Source: Gemmatimonadota bacterium (GTDB taxonomy: Bacteria > Gemmatimonadota > Gemmatimonadetes > Longimicrobiales > RSA9). Taken from it: DNA of 64,000 nt. Below, one piece after another: positions 9,067 through 18,845 of this stretch; position 1 is the first letter of the stretch; the number at the start of each line of letters is the position of its first letter. The notes below the pieces were generated by a model that made no database searches, was not told where the DNA came from, and saw only the letters and a list, made by a program, of their open reading frames with translations. The stretch is from assembly GCA_052389275.1 (NCBI GenBank), contig JBQTID010000073.1:3-64002 (forward strand), written 5' to 3'. The translations under genes and the position numbers were made by a program.

Positions 9067-10865
9067 AGTATTTGCGGTCGAGTCTGCTCACCTGTCTGGT
9101 ACTCGTGAGCACGCGGGCGTTTGCGCAGGACCCGCAACCACCTGCGCGCGACACCACTCAAGTAGCGCAGGATACTACTCCAGGGATTCTGGCCGATTCC
9201 GTGCGGCCGATCCCACAGCTCGCGCGGTATTTTCTCGGGCCCGCGCATGGCTTCAGCAGCGGCGTCTGGGTGTGGGATCGTTCCGCTTTGATGCTCGAAG
9301 CGCCTGTTACGCTCGGCGATCTCCTCGACCGCATTCCCGGAATCCTGACCATCCGTTCCGGATTCTATGTTCAACCGGAAGCCGCGACCGCGCTGGGCGG
9401 CACCGGGAATCGCCTCGAGGTATGGCTCGATGGATACGTGCTCGATCCGCTCCTGGAATCATCATTCGATCTCGCGAAGCTCGAGCTGGCAAATGTCGAA
9501 AGCGTTCGGGTCGAGCGCCGCCCCGGCATGATCCGCGTTCACATTGAAACGCTGATGCCGGCGGACTCGCGCGCATACTCGCTGGTGGAAGCCGCGGTGG
9601 GTGAGCCTGACGCCAATCTGTTTCGTGGCGTTTTTCTGATTCCCAAGTTCTTCTTCGGGCCGCTCGGCCTCGCCATTGATCGTATCGACACTGATGGTCT
9701 GCAGCGGACCGAACCGGCCGATCAGTTTTCCGGCTGGGCAAAATGGTCCTACATCCGAAGCGGCAGCGGCTTGCAGGTCGAGTTTCGGCGCACCAGCACC
9801 GATCGAGATCCGGACGTACCATGGCCGGCCAAGTATCAGCGCGATGATCTCATCTTGCGCGCGCGGCTGCGGCTGTTGGATGGACTGGTTGCCGAGGTGT
9901 TCGGCGGTAGATCGATGCTCGAGATCGACACGGTTACCACGACCGCTGACAACGATTCGGTGCCGCGCGTGCCGGAAGAAAATATACAATGGGGTGCGCG
10001 CGCGAGTTTTGTTTCGCCGCGCGCGTGGGCACGCGGCTCGTTTCGTGTTCGGGATGCGGAGGCGCTGGCGTCGACTCAATTCGACGGCGCCGGTGGCATC
10101 ACCTTCGGCTTGCTCGCCGCAACCGCCGAGCTCACACAATCGAATTGGCGTGCTGCCGGTTCTGCATCGGAGCTGACCCTACGCGCCGAAGCCGGGCCTT
10201 TCCGCGGCTTTCGGGTGTTTGGTGAAACGACGACGTCCGATCGTGGTGTGCCGTACCTGTCGGGCCTCGCCGACTCGATTCCCATCATCACGAGCTACGA
10301 TGGAATCCGCGTGGGCGGTCAGGTTGAATGGCGCGGCATCGTAGCCGGCGGTGCGCTACTCAAGGCCAAGTCGGACTCGGTCACGACCTTCGGTCTGCCG
10401 TTCGACCGGCAGAACCGGCTCTATTTCGGAAGCGATGCAACCGGTTGGGAAGTAAGTGGTCGCGTGCCTTTGCCCTTAATTAATGGGTTGTTCGCGGAGG
10501 GCATGGTGTCTGATTGGTATACCGGCAAGGTCTCGCTTTACATGCCCGTGCGTCAGTACCGGGCCGGTTTGGAGTTGCACGCGATTCCGCTCAGGAGCGG
10601 CAATCTCGAGATTCTCGGCCGCATCGAGGCGATTCACCGTGGCTCGATGCTGGCGCCGAATCTTCAAGCCGGAGAATTCGACGAGCGGGTTTTGACAATG
10701 CCGCCCCTGAATTACATTGACGCCTATCTCCAGATTCGCATCATGGACGTGCGCGCGTTTATGCGATACGAGGATTTGGCCGGACAGATCCTGGCCGAAA
10801 TTCCGAAGCGCGCCTTGCGCGGGCAGCGCTTGTTCTACGGTGTGAAATGGCAGTTCTTCAATTGA
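9063..10865 (+). CDS. hypothetical outer-membrane beta-barrel protein with TonB-plug-like N-terminal segment
   Basis: Start ATG 9063 overlaps the pepA stop (ATGA). Signal peptide MKYLRSSLLTCLVLVSTRAFAQ. Plug-like LGDLLDRIPGILTIRSG. Alternating beta-strand pattern and a C-terminal ...YGVKWQFFN aromatic terminus. No family recognised with confidence. Confidence 0.55.
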   Translation: MKYLRSSLLTCLVLVSTRAFAQDPQPPARDTTQVAQDTTPGILADSVRPIPQLARYFLGPAHGFSSGVWVWDRSALMLEAPVTLGDLLDRIPGILTIRSGFYVQPEAATALGGTGNRLEVWLDGYVLDPLLESSFDLAKLELANVESVRVERRPGMIRVHIETLMPADSRAYSLVEAAVGEPDANLFRGVFLIPKFFFGPLGLAIDRIDTDGLQRTEPADQFSGWAKWSYIRSGSGLQVEFRRTSTDRDPDVPWPAKYQRDDLILRARLRLLDGLVAEVFGGRSMLEIDTVTTTADNDSVPRVPEENIQWGARASFVSPRAWARGSFRVRDAEALASTQFDGAGGITFGLLAATAELTQSNWRAAGSASELTLRAEAGPFRGFRVFGETTTSDRGVPYLSGLADSIPIITSYDGIRVGGQVEWRGIVAGGALLKAKSDSVTTFGLPFDRQNRLYFGSDATGWEVSGRVPLPLINGLFAEGMVSDWYTGKVSLYMPVRQYRAGLELHAIPLRSGNLEILGRIEAIHRGSMLAPNLQAGEFDERVLTMPPLNYIDAYLQIRIMDVRAFMRYEDLAGQILAEIPKRALRGQRLFYGVKWQFFN

Positions 10866-10875
10866 GCGGTTCTGC

Positions 10876-11766
10876 ATGATCAGGTCGATGACGGGTTTCG
10901 GTGAGGCCGAGCGCGAGACTGCCGCGGGGCGGTTGCGCTGTGAGGTAAAAACGGTCAATCACCGATACTTCAGCGCGAACCTTCGGATGTCGGCGCCGCT
11001 CGAGCGCTTCGAGCCGCAGATTCGCGAATCGCTGCGCGCGCTGATGCCGCGCGGCCATGTAAATTGTTCCGTGCGCTTGAACGGCGCGACCGATTCCGGT
11101 GCTGTTCCTGCACTTGCACTGGACGAGCCACGTGCGCGCCAATACCTGGACTTGCTTCAGGAATTGAAAGAGCGTTTTCATCTGCCAGGCGAAGTCGATA
11201 TTGCGCTGCTCAGCAGGTTCGGTGAGCTGATTCGCGCGGCGGAACCCGAGGATGTGGCTGCGCTCGCCGCGGACGACATTCGCACGGTAACGGAAGCCGC
11301 CGCGCGGGCGGCCGTTGCCATGCGCGAAGTCGAAGGGCAGAAGCTGGCCGCCGACTTGATCGGCCGGCTCGGCGCGATTGAAATCGCGATGGGGCAAATC
11401 GCGCAGCGCGCGCCGGACCGGCTGGTCAGTGAGCGCGACCGAATGCGCCGCGTGGTTTCCGAGCTGACCGGTGCAGTGGGTGTGGATGAGGACCGGATCA
11501 CGCGCGAGATCGCGCACCTGGCCGAACGGCTGGACATCAGTGAAGAGCTGGTCCGGCTGCGCGCTCACAGCGAACTGTTCCGATCGATTCTCGCGCAGGC
11601 GGGTGACGATCCGGTCGGCAAGCGGCTAGGTTTTCTGACGCAGGAAATGCATCGCGAGGCGAACACGATCGGCTCGAAGGCAAACGACTCGCAGATCGAG
11701 CATCAGGTCATCGCGATCAAGGACGAAATCGAGCGGTTGCGCGAGCAGATCGAAAATATCGAATGA
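10876..11766 (+). CDS. yicC: YicC-family stress-induced protein/endoribonuclease
   Basis: 296 aa. N-terminal MIRSMTGFG..., C-terminal ...LTQEMHREANTIGSKAND...IKDEIERLREQIENIE. Conserved yicC-gmk-rpoZ context. Confidence 0.85.
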   Translation: MIRSMTGFGEAERETAAGRLRCEVKTVNHRYFSANLRMSAPLERFEPQIRESLRALMPRGHVNCSVRLNGATDSGAVPALALDEPRARQYLDLLQELKERFHLPGEVDIALLSRFGELIRAAEPEDVAALAADDIRTVTEAAARAAVAMREVEGQKLAADLIGRLGAIEIAMGQIAQRAPDRLVSERDRMRRVVSELTGAVGVDEDRITREIAHLAERLDISEELVRLRAHSELFRSILAQAGDDPVGKRLGFLTQEMHREANTIGSKANDSQIEHQVIAIKDEIERLREQIENIE

Positions 11767-12410
11767 TCGGGTCGCGTGGTTTTGCACTCGTGATCTCGGC
11801 TCCCAGCGGCGCGGGCAAGACCTCACTGTCGCGCGCGTTGGTCGAGAAGCATGCCGACATCGAGTTCTCGGTGTCCGCGACCACGCGTCCGAAGCGAAAC
11901 TACGAGCAGGGCAGTAAGGACTACAACTTCGTCGATGATGCCGCGTTCGATCGGATGGTGCGGGCCGGCGAGCTGCTCGAGTGGGCCACGGTCCATAACC
12001 GGAAGTATGGCACACCCCGCTCCGAGGTGGCGGCGCGCCTGGATGGCGGAAACATCGTCGTACTCGACATTGATGTTCAGGGCGCACGGCAGGTCCGCAA
12101 GGCCATGCCGGAAGCCGTGCTGGTTTTCGTGCTGCCGCCGTCCGCTGAAGAGCTGCGCCGCCGGCTGGCCGGCCGGGCGAGCGAGGGACCCGAGGAGCAC
12201 AAGGTGCGGCTGCAAACCGCGCGTGAGGAGCTACGGGCGGCGGGTGAATTCGATTATATTGTGGTCAACGACGACTTCGATCAGGCCGTCGCCACGCTCG
12301 AGGCCATCATCGCGGCCGAGAGGTGCAGGACCACTCATGTGACGCAGGTCGAACGCGATGTGCGGGCCCTCGATGAGGAGCTCGCCAGACTTCTGGAAAG
12401 GACCATTTAG
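11763..12410 (+). CDS. gmk: guanylate kinase
   Basis: P-loop ISAPSGAGKTSL, TTRPKRNYEQGSKDYNFV. Overlaps the yicC stop by 4 nt. Confidence 0.9.
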   Translation: MIGSRGFALVISAPSGAGKTSLSRALVEKHADIEFSVSATTRPKRNYEQGSKDYNFVDDAAFDRMVRAGELLEWATVHNRKYGTPRSEVAARLDGGNIVVLDIDVQGARQVRKAMPEAVLVFVLPPSAEELRRRLAGRASEGPEEHKVRLQTAREELRAAGEFDYIVVNDDFDQAVATLEAIIAAERCRTTHVTQVERDVRALDEELARLLERTI

Positions 12411-12413
12411 CCA

Positions 12414-12632
12414 ATGCGTGTTTTCACACCTATCGAAGTGGCAGAGAAAGCCGGCAGCAAGTATCTGGGCGTGCTGGTGGCCGCGCGTTACGCGCGCGAG
12501 CTGAATGCACTGCCGAAGGATGCGGTGCCGGCCGGGCTGGAGAAGAAGCTGACTACGCGTTCGCTCGAGACTATGGTTTCGGGCGAGATCGATTTCAAGC
12601 TCGAGAAGCGCCGCCGCCGCGGCGCGCAATAA
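12414..12632 (+). CDS. rpoZ: DNA-directed RNA polymerase subunit omega
   Basis: 72 aa. ...SKYLGVLVAARYARELN... plus its position between gmk and coaBC. Confidence 0.75.
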   Translation: MRVFTPIEVAEKAGSKYLGVLVAARYARELNALPKDAVPAGLEKKLTTRSLETMVSGEIDFKLEKRRRRGAQ

Positions 12633-12635
12633 TTC

Positions 12636-13865
12636 GTGGCAGAGCGGCGCGTCGAGCCGCTCGTTCCCCGGCGGCCCTGGCAGGGCCGCTCCGTTTTGCT
12701 CGGGGTCGCGGGTGGCATTGCTGCTTACAAGAGCGTGCAGCTTGCTCGCGACCTCACTCAGCTAGGTGCGAAAGTCGACGTCGTCCTTACGCACTCCGCG
12801 CGTGAATTCGTAGGGCCCATCACCTTCGAGGCTGTTACCGGCCGACCCACTCACACAGACCTGATCGCGCAAGGCAGCGCGCTCGATCACATTAAGCTCG
12901 CAAAGAGCGCGGCTGTGGTTTGTGTCGCGCCCGCGACCGCCGATTTGCTTGCGCGCGCCGCATCGGGGCGCGCGGATGATCTGCTCACCGCGATTCTGCT
13001 CGCGACCACCGCGCATGTAATCCTCTGTCCCGCCATGAATGACAACATGTGGGTTCATGCTCAAACGCAGAGGAATGCGCAGCACGTGCGTGAAGCGCTG
13101 GGCTACGAGCTGGTCGGTCCGGCCGCTGGTCAATTGGCTGTCGGCGAGGGCATGGGCGCCGGCAGGATGGATGAGCCGGACGTCATCATCGAATACATCG
13201 GGCGCGCACTCTCGGCGCGTGATCTCGAGGGAAAACGTTTCGTTGTGACCGCCGGGCCCACGCGGGAGGCCGTAGATCCCGTTCGCGTGCTGAGCAATCG
13301 CTCATCCGGCAAGATGGGCTATGCTCTCGCTTCGGCCGCATGGCGGCGCGGCGCCGACGTGCTCCTGATCTCGGGGCCTGCCGCATTGACTCCGCCGGTG
13401 GGTGCGCTGGTCGTCAATGTTCAAAATGCAGAGGAGATGGTGAAGGCGGTAAGTTCGGCGATCGGCCAGGCCGATGCGCTGATCATGGCCGCGGCAGTGG
13501 CGGATTTTCGACCCGCGACGCCTGCCGCGTCGAAGCTCAAGAAAAGCGCAGCTGTTGCCGCAATCGAGCTGGAGCCGACGCCAGACGTCCTGACAGTAAC
13601 GCGCGCGCAGCGGGCGCCGAATCTGAAAGTCGTCGGCTTCGCTCTGGAGACGGACGCGCACGCGGCCAACGCGCTGAAGAAACTGAAGGACAAAGCACTC
13701 GACCTGATCGTGCTCAATGATGTCACAGAGCCTGGTGCCGGCTTCGAAGTTTCGACCAACAAGGTCACGATCTTCGCCGCGGACGGAAAGTCGGAAGCGT
13801 TGCCACTCATGTCGAAGGCTGCCGTGGCGGATGCAATTCTCGACCGGCTCGCGAAAATTCTGTGA
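12636..13865 (+). CDS. coaBC: bifunctional phosphopantothenoylcysteine decarboxylase / phosphopantothenate-cysteine ligase
   Basis: 409 aa, GTG start. Flavoprotein N-domain (VLLGVAGGIAAYKS...PAMNDNMW) and CoaB C-domain (VTAGPTREAVDPVRVLSNRSSGKMG...AAAVADFRP). Confidence 0.9.
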   Translation: MAERRVEPLVPRRPWQGRSVLLGVAGGIAAYKSVQLARDLTQLGAKVDVVLTHSAREFVGPITFEAVTGRPTHTDLIAQGSALDHIKLAKSAAVVCVAPATADLLARAASGRADDLLTAILLATTAHVILCPAMNDNMWVHAQTQRNAQHVREALGYELVGPAAGQLAVGEGMGAGRMDEPDVIIEYIGRALSARDLEGKRFVVTAGPTREAVDPVRVLSNRSSGKMGYALASAAWRRGADVLLISGPAALTPPVGALVVNVQNAEEMVKAVSSAIGQADALIMAAAVADFRPATPAASKLKKSAAVAAIELEPTPDVLTVTRAQRAPNLKVVGFALETDAHAANALKKLKDKALDLIVLNDVTEPGAGFEVSTNKVTIFAADGKSEALPLMSKAAVADAILDRLAKIL

Positions 13866-14569
13866 ATCGCGAACGGCTGATCGAATATCTTCGTCAGCGT
13901 GTCGAGCTCGGCGATCACGAGCTGTATCTCGACACGATGACTTCTGCGGAATTTATTCGGGCGTTGAACAGTCCGACACCGCGTTTGTCTGTCAAGTCAG
14001 AATCCGACGCGCTCACTGTGCTTCAGCAAAAGGCCGCGGCTTGCATGGCGTGCAGTCTCGGCGCAACGCGCACGAAATCTGTGTTCGCTCGCGGAAATCC
14101 ATTGTCTCCGTTGATGGTGGTTGGCGAGGCGCCGGGTGAAGAGGAAGACAAGACCGGATTGCCGTTCGTCGGCCGCGCCGGCAAACTTTTGGACGTGTTG
14201 CTCGCAGCTATCGGCTTTCCGCAAGACTCCGCTTATATTTGCAACGTCCTGAAATGCAGGCCGCCGGGCAATCGCAATCCACTGCCGAATGAAGTTGATG
14301 CATGCAGCGGTTACTTGCGTGGCCAGATCGAAGTTGTCAAACCAAGAGTGCTGCTCGCGGTCGGCAAGTTCGCGGCGCAGACGCTGCTTCAAAGCGAAGA
14401 AAGCATTGGCCGTTTGCGCGGCCACATTCAGCAACACAACGCTTTGCCGGTAGTCGTAACGTACCACCCCGCATATCTGCTTCGCAGTCCGAATGCAACG
14501 CGGGTGGCATGGCACGACTTCCAACTGGTACGCACGATTCTCGATGAGCCGACTCGAAATAAGCGCTGA
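13862..14569 (+). CDS. uracil-DNA glycosylase, family 4
   Basis: [24 protein letters not shown] and HPAYLLR motifs. Cys residues for a 4Fe-4S cluster. Confidence 0.85.
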   Translation: MNRERLIEYLRQRVELGDHELYLDTMTSAEFIRALNSPTPRLSVKSESDALTVLQQKAAACMACSLGATRTKSVFARGNPLSPLMVVGEAPGEEEDKTGLPFVGRAGKLLDVLLAAIGFPQDSAYICNVLKCRPPGNRNPLPNEVDACSGYLRGQIEVVKPRVLLAVGKFAAQTLLQSEESIGRLRGHIQQHNALPVVVTYHPAYLLRSPNATRVAWHDFQLVRTILDEPTRNKR

Positions 14570-15974
14570 AGCTCCAACGGCACCCGGCTTTGCGCGCGCG
14601 GTTGCTACACTGCCGCTGCCCGACCGCCAGCCTCCATACGCCCCCGAAGCCGAGATCAGCGTGCTGGGCGGCATGCTCATCGACGGTGATGCGGTCGCGC
14701 GCGCGATCGAGATCGTCGACGACTCGATGTTCTACCGCGAGGGCAATCGCCGGATCTTCCGCGCGATGGCCCGCCTGTTTCAGCGCGGTCAGGTCATCGA
14801 TCCGATTACCATCAGCGAAGAGCTGAAGAAGACCGACGAGCTGGACTTCGTTGGCGGTCTCGCGTATCTCGCCGAGCTGCTCGACGCGGTGCCGACCGCC
14901 GCGAATATCGAGTACCACGCGAAGATCGTTCGTGAACGCGCGCTGTTGCGGCGTTTGATCGAGGCTTCGTCGACCATCATCAGAGATTCGTACGAGCCCG
15001 GTGAGCGCACGGTCGAGGAAATCCTGGACACGGCCGAGCAGCACATCTTCCAGGTCGCGCAGTCGCACGACCGTCAAGGCTTCGTCTGGATCAAGAAGAT
15101 TCTGTATCCGACCTTCGAAAAAATCGAGCAGATTCAGGCGGCGAAGGGTGGTATCACCGGCATTCCCACCGGCTTCGGTGATCTCGATGAGATGACGGGC
15201 GGCTTCCAGCGTGGCGACCTCGTCATCATCGCCGCACGGCCGTCCATGGGTAAGACATCGCTGGTGACCGGCGTTGCGTTGCATGCGGCGATCTCGCATC
15301 AGGTGCCGATCGCGCTGTTCTCACTCGAAATGTCGAAAGAGCAGCTCGTGCAGCGCATGCTGTGCTCGGAAGCGCTGGTCGACCTCGGCAGACTTTTGCG
15401 CGGCCGCCTGACCGATGACGATTACGTCCGGCTCGCGCAGGCGGCCGGGCACCTCAATACAGCGCCGGTGTGGATCGACGATTCGGGCGCGCTGTCAGTG
15501 CTCGAGATGCGCGCCAAGGCGCGACGACTCAAGGCGGAACAGCCGGACCTCGGCCTGATCATCGTCGATTACATTCAGCTGATGCACGGTGGCACGGGCA
15601 ACAACGCCGAGAACCGGCAGCAGGAAGTCAGCGCGATCAGTCGTGGGCTGAAGGCGCTCTCGAAAGAGCTGCACGTGCCGATTCTCGCGCTCTCGCAGCT
15701 CTCACGTGCGCCCGAACAGCGCTCCGACCACCGTCCACAGCTCTCCGACCTCCGTGAATCGGGTTCGCTCGAGCAAGATGCCGATCTGGTTATGTTCCTG
15801 TACCGTCCCGAGTACTACGTTGCGGCACAGGAAGCCGCGGAGAAGGGGCTTCAGGGCAAGGCCGAGCTGATCATCGGCAAGCAGCGCAACGGCCCGACCG
15901 GCTCGGTCGATCTGTTTTTCCGGAAGGAATCGACACGGTTCGAGTCATTCTCACGGCAAGAGCAGAATTACTGA
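14544..15974 (+). CDS. dnaB: replicative DNA helicase DnaB
   Basis: In-frame part of ORF 14493..15974. PPYAPEAEISVLGGML, Walker A AARPSMGKTS, SLEMS, IIVDYIQLM, ALSQLSR, LRESGSLEQDAD. About 476 aa, no intein-sized insertion. Start at 14544 chosen over 14493, so uncertain. Confidence 0.92.
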   Translation: MSRLEISAEAPTAPGFARAVATLPLPDRQPPYAPEAEISVLGGMLIDGDAVARAIEIVDDSMFYREGNRRIFRAMARLFQRGQVIDPITISEELKKTDELDFVGGLAYLAELLDAVPTAANIEYHAKIVRERALLRRLIEASSTIIRDSYEPGERTVEEILDTAEQHIFQVAQSHDRQGFVWIKKILYPTFEKIEQIQAAKGGITGIPTGFGDLDEMTGGFQRGDLVIIAARPSMGKTSLVTGVALHAAISHQVPIALFSLEMSKEQLVQRMLCSEALVDLGRLLRGRLTDDDYVRLAQAAGHLNTAPVWIDDSGALSVLEMRAKARRLKAEQPDLGLIIVDYIQLMHGGTGNNAENRQQEVSAISRGLKALSKELHVPILALSQLSRAPEQRSDHRPQLSDLRESGSLEQDADLVMFLYRPEYYVAAQEAAEKGLQGKAELIIGKQRNGPTGSVDLFFRKESTRFESFSRQEQNY

Positions 15975-16005
15975 TCTTCGAGTACGGAAGCGCTGGTCAC
16001 GCCTT

Positions 16006-16130
16006 CTGCTGTTTTTCAACGCAGAGGAGACCGCTGGTCAGCAATTCCGATCATGGTCTGAGCGTCTGCCTGTCCGTCGCAACGGTTGCTATCTCTCGAT
16101 CAGCGACCTCCTCTGCGTTGAATAAAGCAG
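16006..16130. mobile_element. MITE/REP-like hairpin element, copy 1 (termini CTGCTGTTTTTCAACGCAGAGGAG / CTCCTCTGCGTTGAATAAAGCAG)
   Basis: Roughly 30-bp terminal inverted repeats read directly. Second copy at 27800-27954 has the same termini. Intergenic between dnaB and radA. No ORF inside. Confidence 0.7.
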
Positions 16131-16165
16131 GGGCGATCGCACGACGGTGACGTCCTCGAAGACCA

Positions 16166-17530
16166 ATGGCGAAGACTAGAACAGCGTTCTTCTGCACCGA
16201 CTGCGGTAACGAAACCGCGCGCTGGCAGGGACAGTGTCCCGCGTGCGGCGCCTGGAACACTCTGGTCGAGGAGCTGACGCAAAAATCCCGCAAGGAAAAA
16301 GTCTCACCCTCCCACACTCGCACAGTCTCACAGTCACAACCTTTAGGCAGCATCACCACGTCCGACAGCGCCCGGTGGCAATCCAACCTGGATGAATTCG
16401 ACTTCGTGATGGGCGGCGGCATCGTACCCGGCTCCGTCATTCTGATCGGCGGCGAGCCGGGCATCGGCAAGAGCACGCTGCTGCTGCAAGTCGCCGCGCG
16501 GCTCGCAGGCAAAGGCAGGCGCGCGCTCTACGTGTCGGGTGAAGAATCCGGCGCGCAGGTTCGCTTGCGTGCGGATCGGCTGAATGAACCGACCGGCGAT
16601 GTTCTGTTTCTGGGGGAAACGGACCTCGCGCGCATTATCGCGCAGGCCGAAGAACACGGGCCCGCGGTTCTTTTCGTCGATTCGATTCAAACCACCTACA
16701 CCGAAGACATCGAGGGCGCGCCCGGCAATGTAGGGCAGGTGAGAGAGTGCGCGGCCAGGTTGCAGCGCTATGCGAAGGCAAACGACGTGGCCGTGTTTCT
16801 GGTTGGCCACGTCACCAAGGGAGGGACTGTCGCGGGACCGAAGACGCTTGAGCACATCGTCGACACAGTGTTGTACTTCGAAGAGACCGGCAGCCTCGAT
16901 CACCGCGTTCTGCGCGCGAACAAGAATCGTTTCGGCGGTGTTGATGAGATCGGCGTCTTTCGTATGACGGCGGAAGGATTGATTCCAGTTGCCAACCCTT
17001 CCGAGCTGTTCCTGCGCGATCGCAGCACGGGCGTAAGCGGCGCCGCGGTGCTCGCGACCATGGAGGGCACGCGCCCGCTGCTCGTCGAAGTGCAGGCACT
17101 ATGCACGAAGGCGAGCTACGGTGCAGCGCAGCGTGTCACCACCGGATACGATCGCCAGCGGCTTGCGCTGCTGCTCGCGGTGTTGGAGCAGCGCGCGGGC
17201 ATTCCGTTCGGCCAGCTTGATGTGTTCCTGAACATCGTGGGCGGCGTGCGGGTGCTCGAGACGGCAGGCGATCTCGCGGTGGCCGCGGCGTTGTTGTCCG
17301 CGGTCAGCAATCAGGAGATTCCAGCGACCAGCGTCTTCGTTGGCGAGATCGGTCTCGGCGGTGAGCTGCGCGCGGTGTCGCAAATCGAGCGTCGTCTCGC
17401 GGAAGCGGCGCGCATGGGTTTCACCCACGCCTACGTGCCACGCAGATCGATCCCGCGCGAAAAACTCAGCGGGCTCTCGGCCATCGGCGTGAACGATGTC
17501 AAAGGGCTGCTCGATGTGATTGGCACATGA
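16166..17530 (+). CDS. radA: DNA repair protein RadA/Sms
   Basis: 454 aa. Zn-finger FFCTDCGNETARWQGQCPACGAW, Walker A GGEPGIGKST, KNRFG motif, Lon-like C-domain. Confidence 0.93.
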   Translation: MAKTRTAFFCTDCGNETARWQGQCPACGAWNTLVEELTQKSRKEKVSPSHTRTVSQSQPLGSITTSDSARWQSNLDEFDFVMGGGIVPGSVILIGGEPGIGKSTLLLQVAARLAGKGRRALYVSGEESGAQVRLRADRLNEPTGDVLFLGETDLARIIAQAEEHGPAVLFVDSIQTTYTEDIEGAPGNVGQVRECAARLQRYAKANDVAVFLVGHVTKGGTVAGPKTLEHIVDTVLYFEETGSLDHRVLRANKNRFGGVDEIGVFRMTAEGLIPVANPSELFLRDRSTGVSGAAVLATMEGTRPLLVEVQALCTKASYGAAQRVTTGYDRQRLALLLAVLEQRAGIPFGQLDVFLNIVGGVRVLETAGDLAVAAALLSAVSNQEIPATSVFVGEIGLGGELRAVSQIERRLAEAARMGFTHAYVPRRSIPREKLSGLSAIGVNDVKGLLDVIGT

Positions 17531-18198
17531 ATGTCGGTGCGATTATTCCCGCTGCCGGGTCGGGCCGAAGGATGGGTGGCGCGCGCAAGGCTTTCATGGA
17601 AATCGCGGGGAAGCCCATGCTGCGGCACTCTGTTGAAGTCATGCTCTCGGATTCTCGCATCAAACAGGTTGTCGTGGTGCTGGCGGCCGAGGACGTCGGC
17701 ACAGCGCCGCACTGGCTCGAGCAAGCGCGCGTCACGGTGGTTGCGGGCGGCACCCAGCGCGCGGATTCGGTGCGTGCCGGCTTGCAGCAGCTTTCTGAAG
17801 CGATCGACGTCGTGATTGTTCACGACGCGGCGCGTCCGCTCTTGAATACCGCGCTGATCGACCGGGTGCTCGAGCCTGTGAACCACGACACCAGCGCGAC
17901 GCTCGCAATTCAGGTCACCGATACGCTGCACGAAGTGGCTGATGATCTTCAGATCCGTGACACGCCCGATCGCGCGAGGTTCTGGCGCGCGCAGACGCCG
18001 CAGGCGTTTCCTCGCGCCGTGCTCGCTCAGGCTTTCGCCGCACAATCGGATTTTTCCGGAGCCACGGATGAAGCCGGTCTGGTCGCGGCCGGCGGCTGGC
18101 CGGTCGTGATCGTGCCCGGCGAGCCGTGGAACATCAAGGTGACCACACCGGACGACGTCGCCATGATCGAAGCCATTCTGCATAAGGCGACGCGGTGA
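17527..18198 (+). CDS. ispD: 2-C-methyl-D-erythritol 4-phosphate cytidylyltransferase
   Basis: 223 aa. IIPAAGSGRRMGG..KAF, VIVHDAARPL. 4-nt overlap with radA. Confidence 0.88.
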   Translation: MNVGAIIPAAGSGRRMGGARKAFMEIAGKPMLRHSVEVMLSDSRIKQVVVVLAAEDVGTAPHWLEQARVTVVAGGTQRADSVRAGLQQLSEAIDVVIVHDAARPLLNTALIDRVLEPVNHDTSATLAIQVTDTLHEVADDLQIRDTPDRARFWRAQTPQAFPRAVLAQAFAAQSDFSGATDEAGLVAAGGWPVVIVPGEPWNIKVTTPDDVAMIEAILHKATR

Positions 18199-18845
18199 GG
18201 CGGGTGCCGTTCACCACCCCAGCTGAAGTACGCGCTTCGATTCCGGCGGTCACGGCCCATCTCCAGCGCGGCGGTCTGATCGCATATCCAACCGAAACCG
18301 TTTACGGTTTTGGCGGCCTGGTGCGGGATGACGCTCTGGCTTCGTTGTCGGCACTGAAATCGCGCGACGAATCCAAGCCGTTTCTGCTGCTGATCCGCGC
18401 AGCCGCCGACTTGCCGGCGCTCGAGTGGACTCCCTCCGCGCGTAAGCTCGCGGAACGATTCTGGCCGGGTCCGCTCACACTCGCGCTGCGTGTGCAAGGC
18501 GAGTTGCCGTCACGTATACTTTCAGCGGAAGGCACCCTGGCAGTGCGCGCAACGCCTCACGAAGGCATCAGGACTCTGCTCGAGGCTTTGGACGAGCCGA
18601 TTACTTCATCGAGCGCGAATCCGCCGCGTTCGGCAACTGCCGTGAGCGCGGATGAGGTCGAACAGGTGCTGCGCGAACTGAAGCACGAGGAAGTGCTGAT
18701 CCTGGACGGCGGCGAACTGGCGCCGTCGCCGCCTTCGACACTCGTGGATTGCTCGACCGAGCCGCCGCGCATCGTGCGTGTCGGCGTAATTACACCTGAA
18801 GCGCTCAGGCAGATCGTGGAGCTGCAGCCGCAAGGACCCGTGTGA
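18195..18845 (+). CDS. tsaC: L-threonylcarbamoyladenylate synthase (YrdC/TsaC/Sua5 domain)
   Basis: 216 aa. YPTETVYGFGG, KSRDESKPFLLLI, FWPGPLTL, TSSSANPP. Confidence 0.85.
   Translation: MRRVPFTTPAEVRASIPAVTAHLQRGGLIAYPTETVYGFGGLVRDDALASLSALKSRDESKPFLLLIRAAADLPALEWTPSARKLAERFWPGPLTLALRVQGELPSRILSAEGTLAVRATPHEGIRTLLEALDEPITSSSANPPRSATAVSADEVEQVLRELKHEEVLILDGGELAPSPPSTLVDCSTEPPRIVRVGVITPEALRQIVELQPQGPV

Noticed and set aside
14544-15974. Intein in dnaB
   Set aside because: The length (about 476 aa) and uninterrupted helicase motifs leave no room for an intein.
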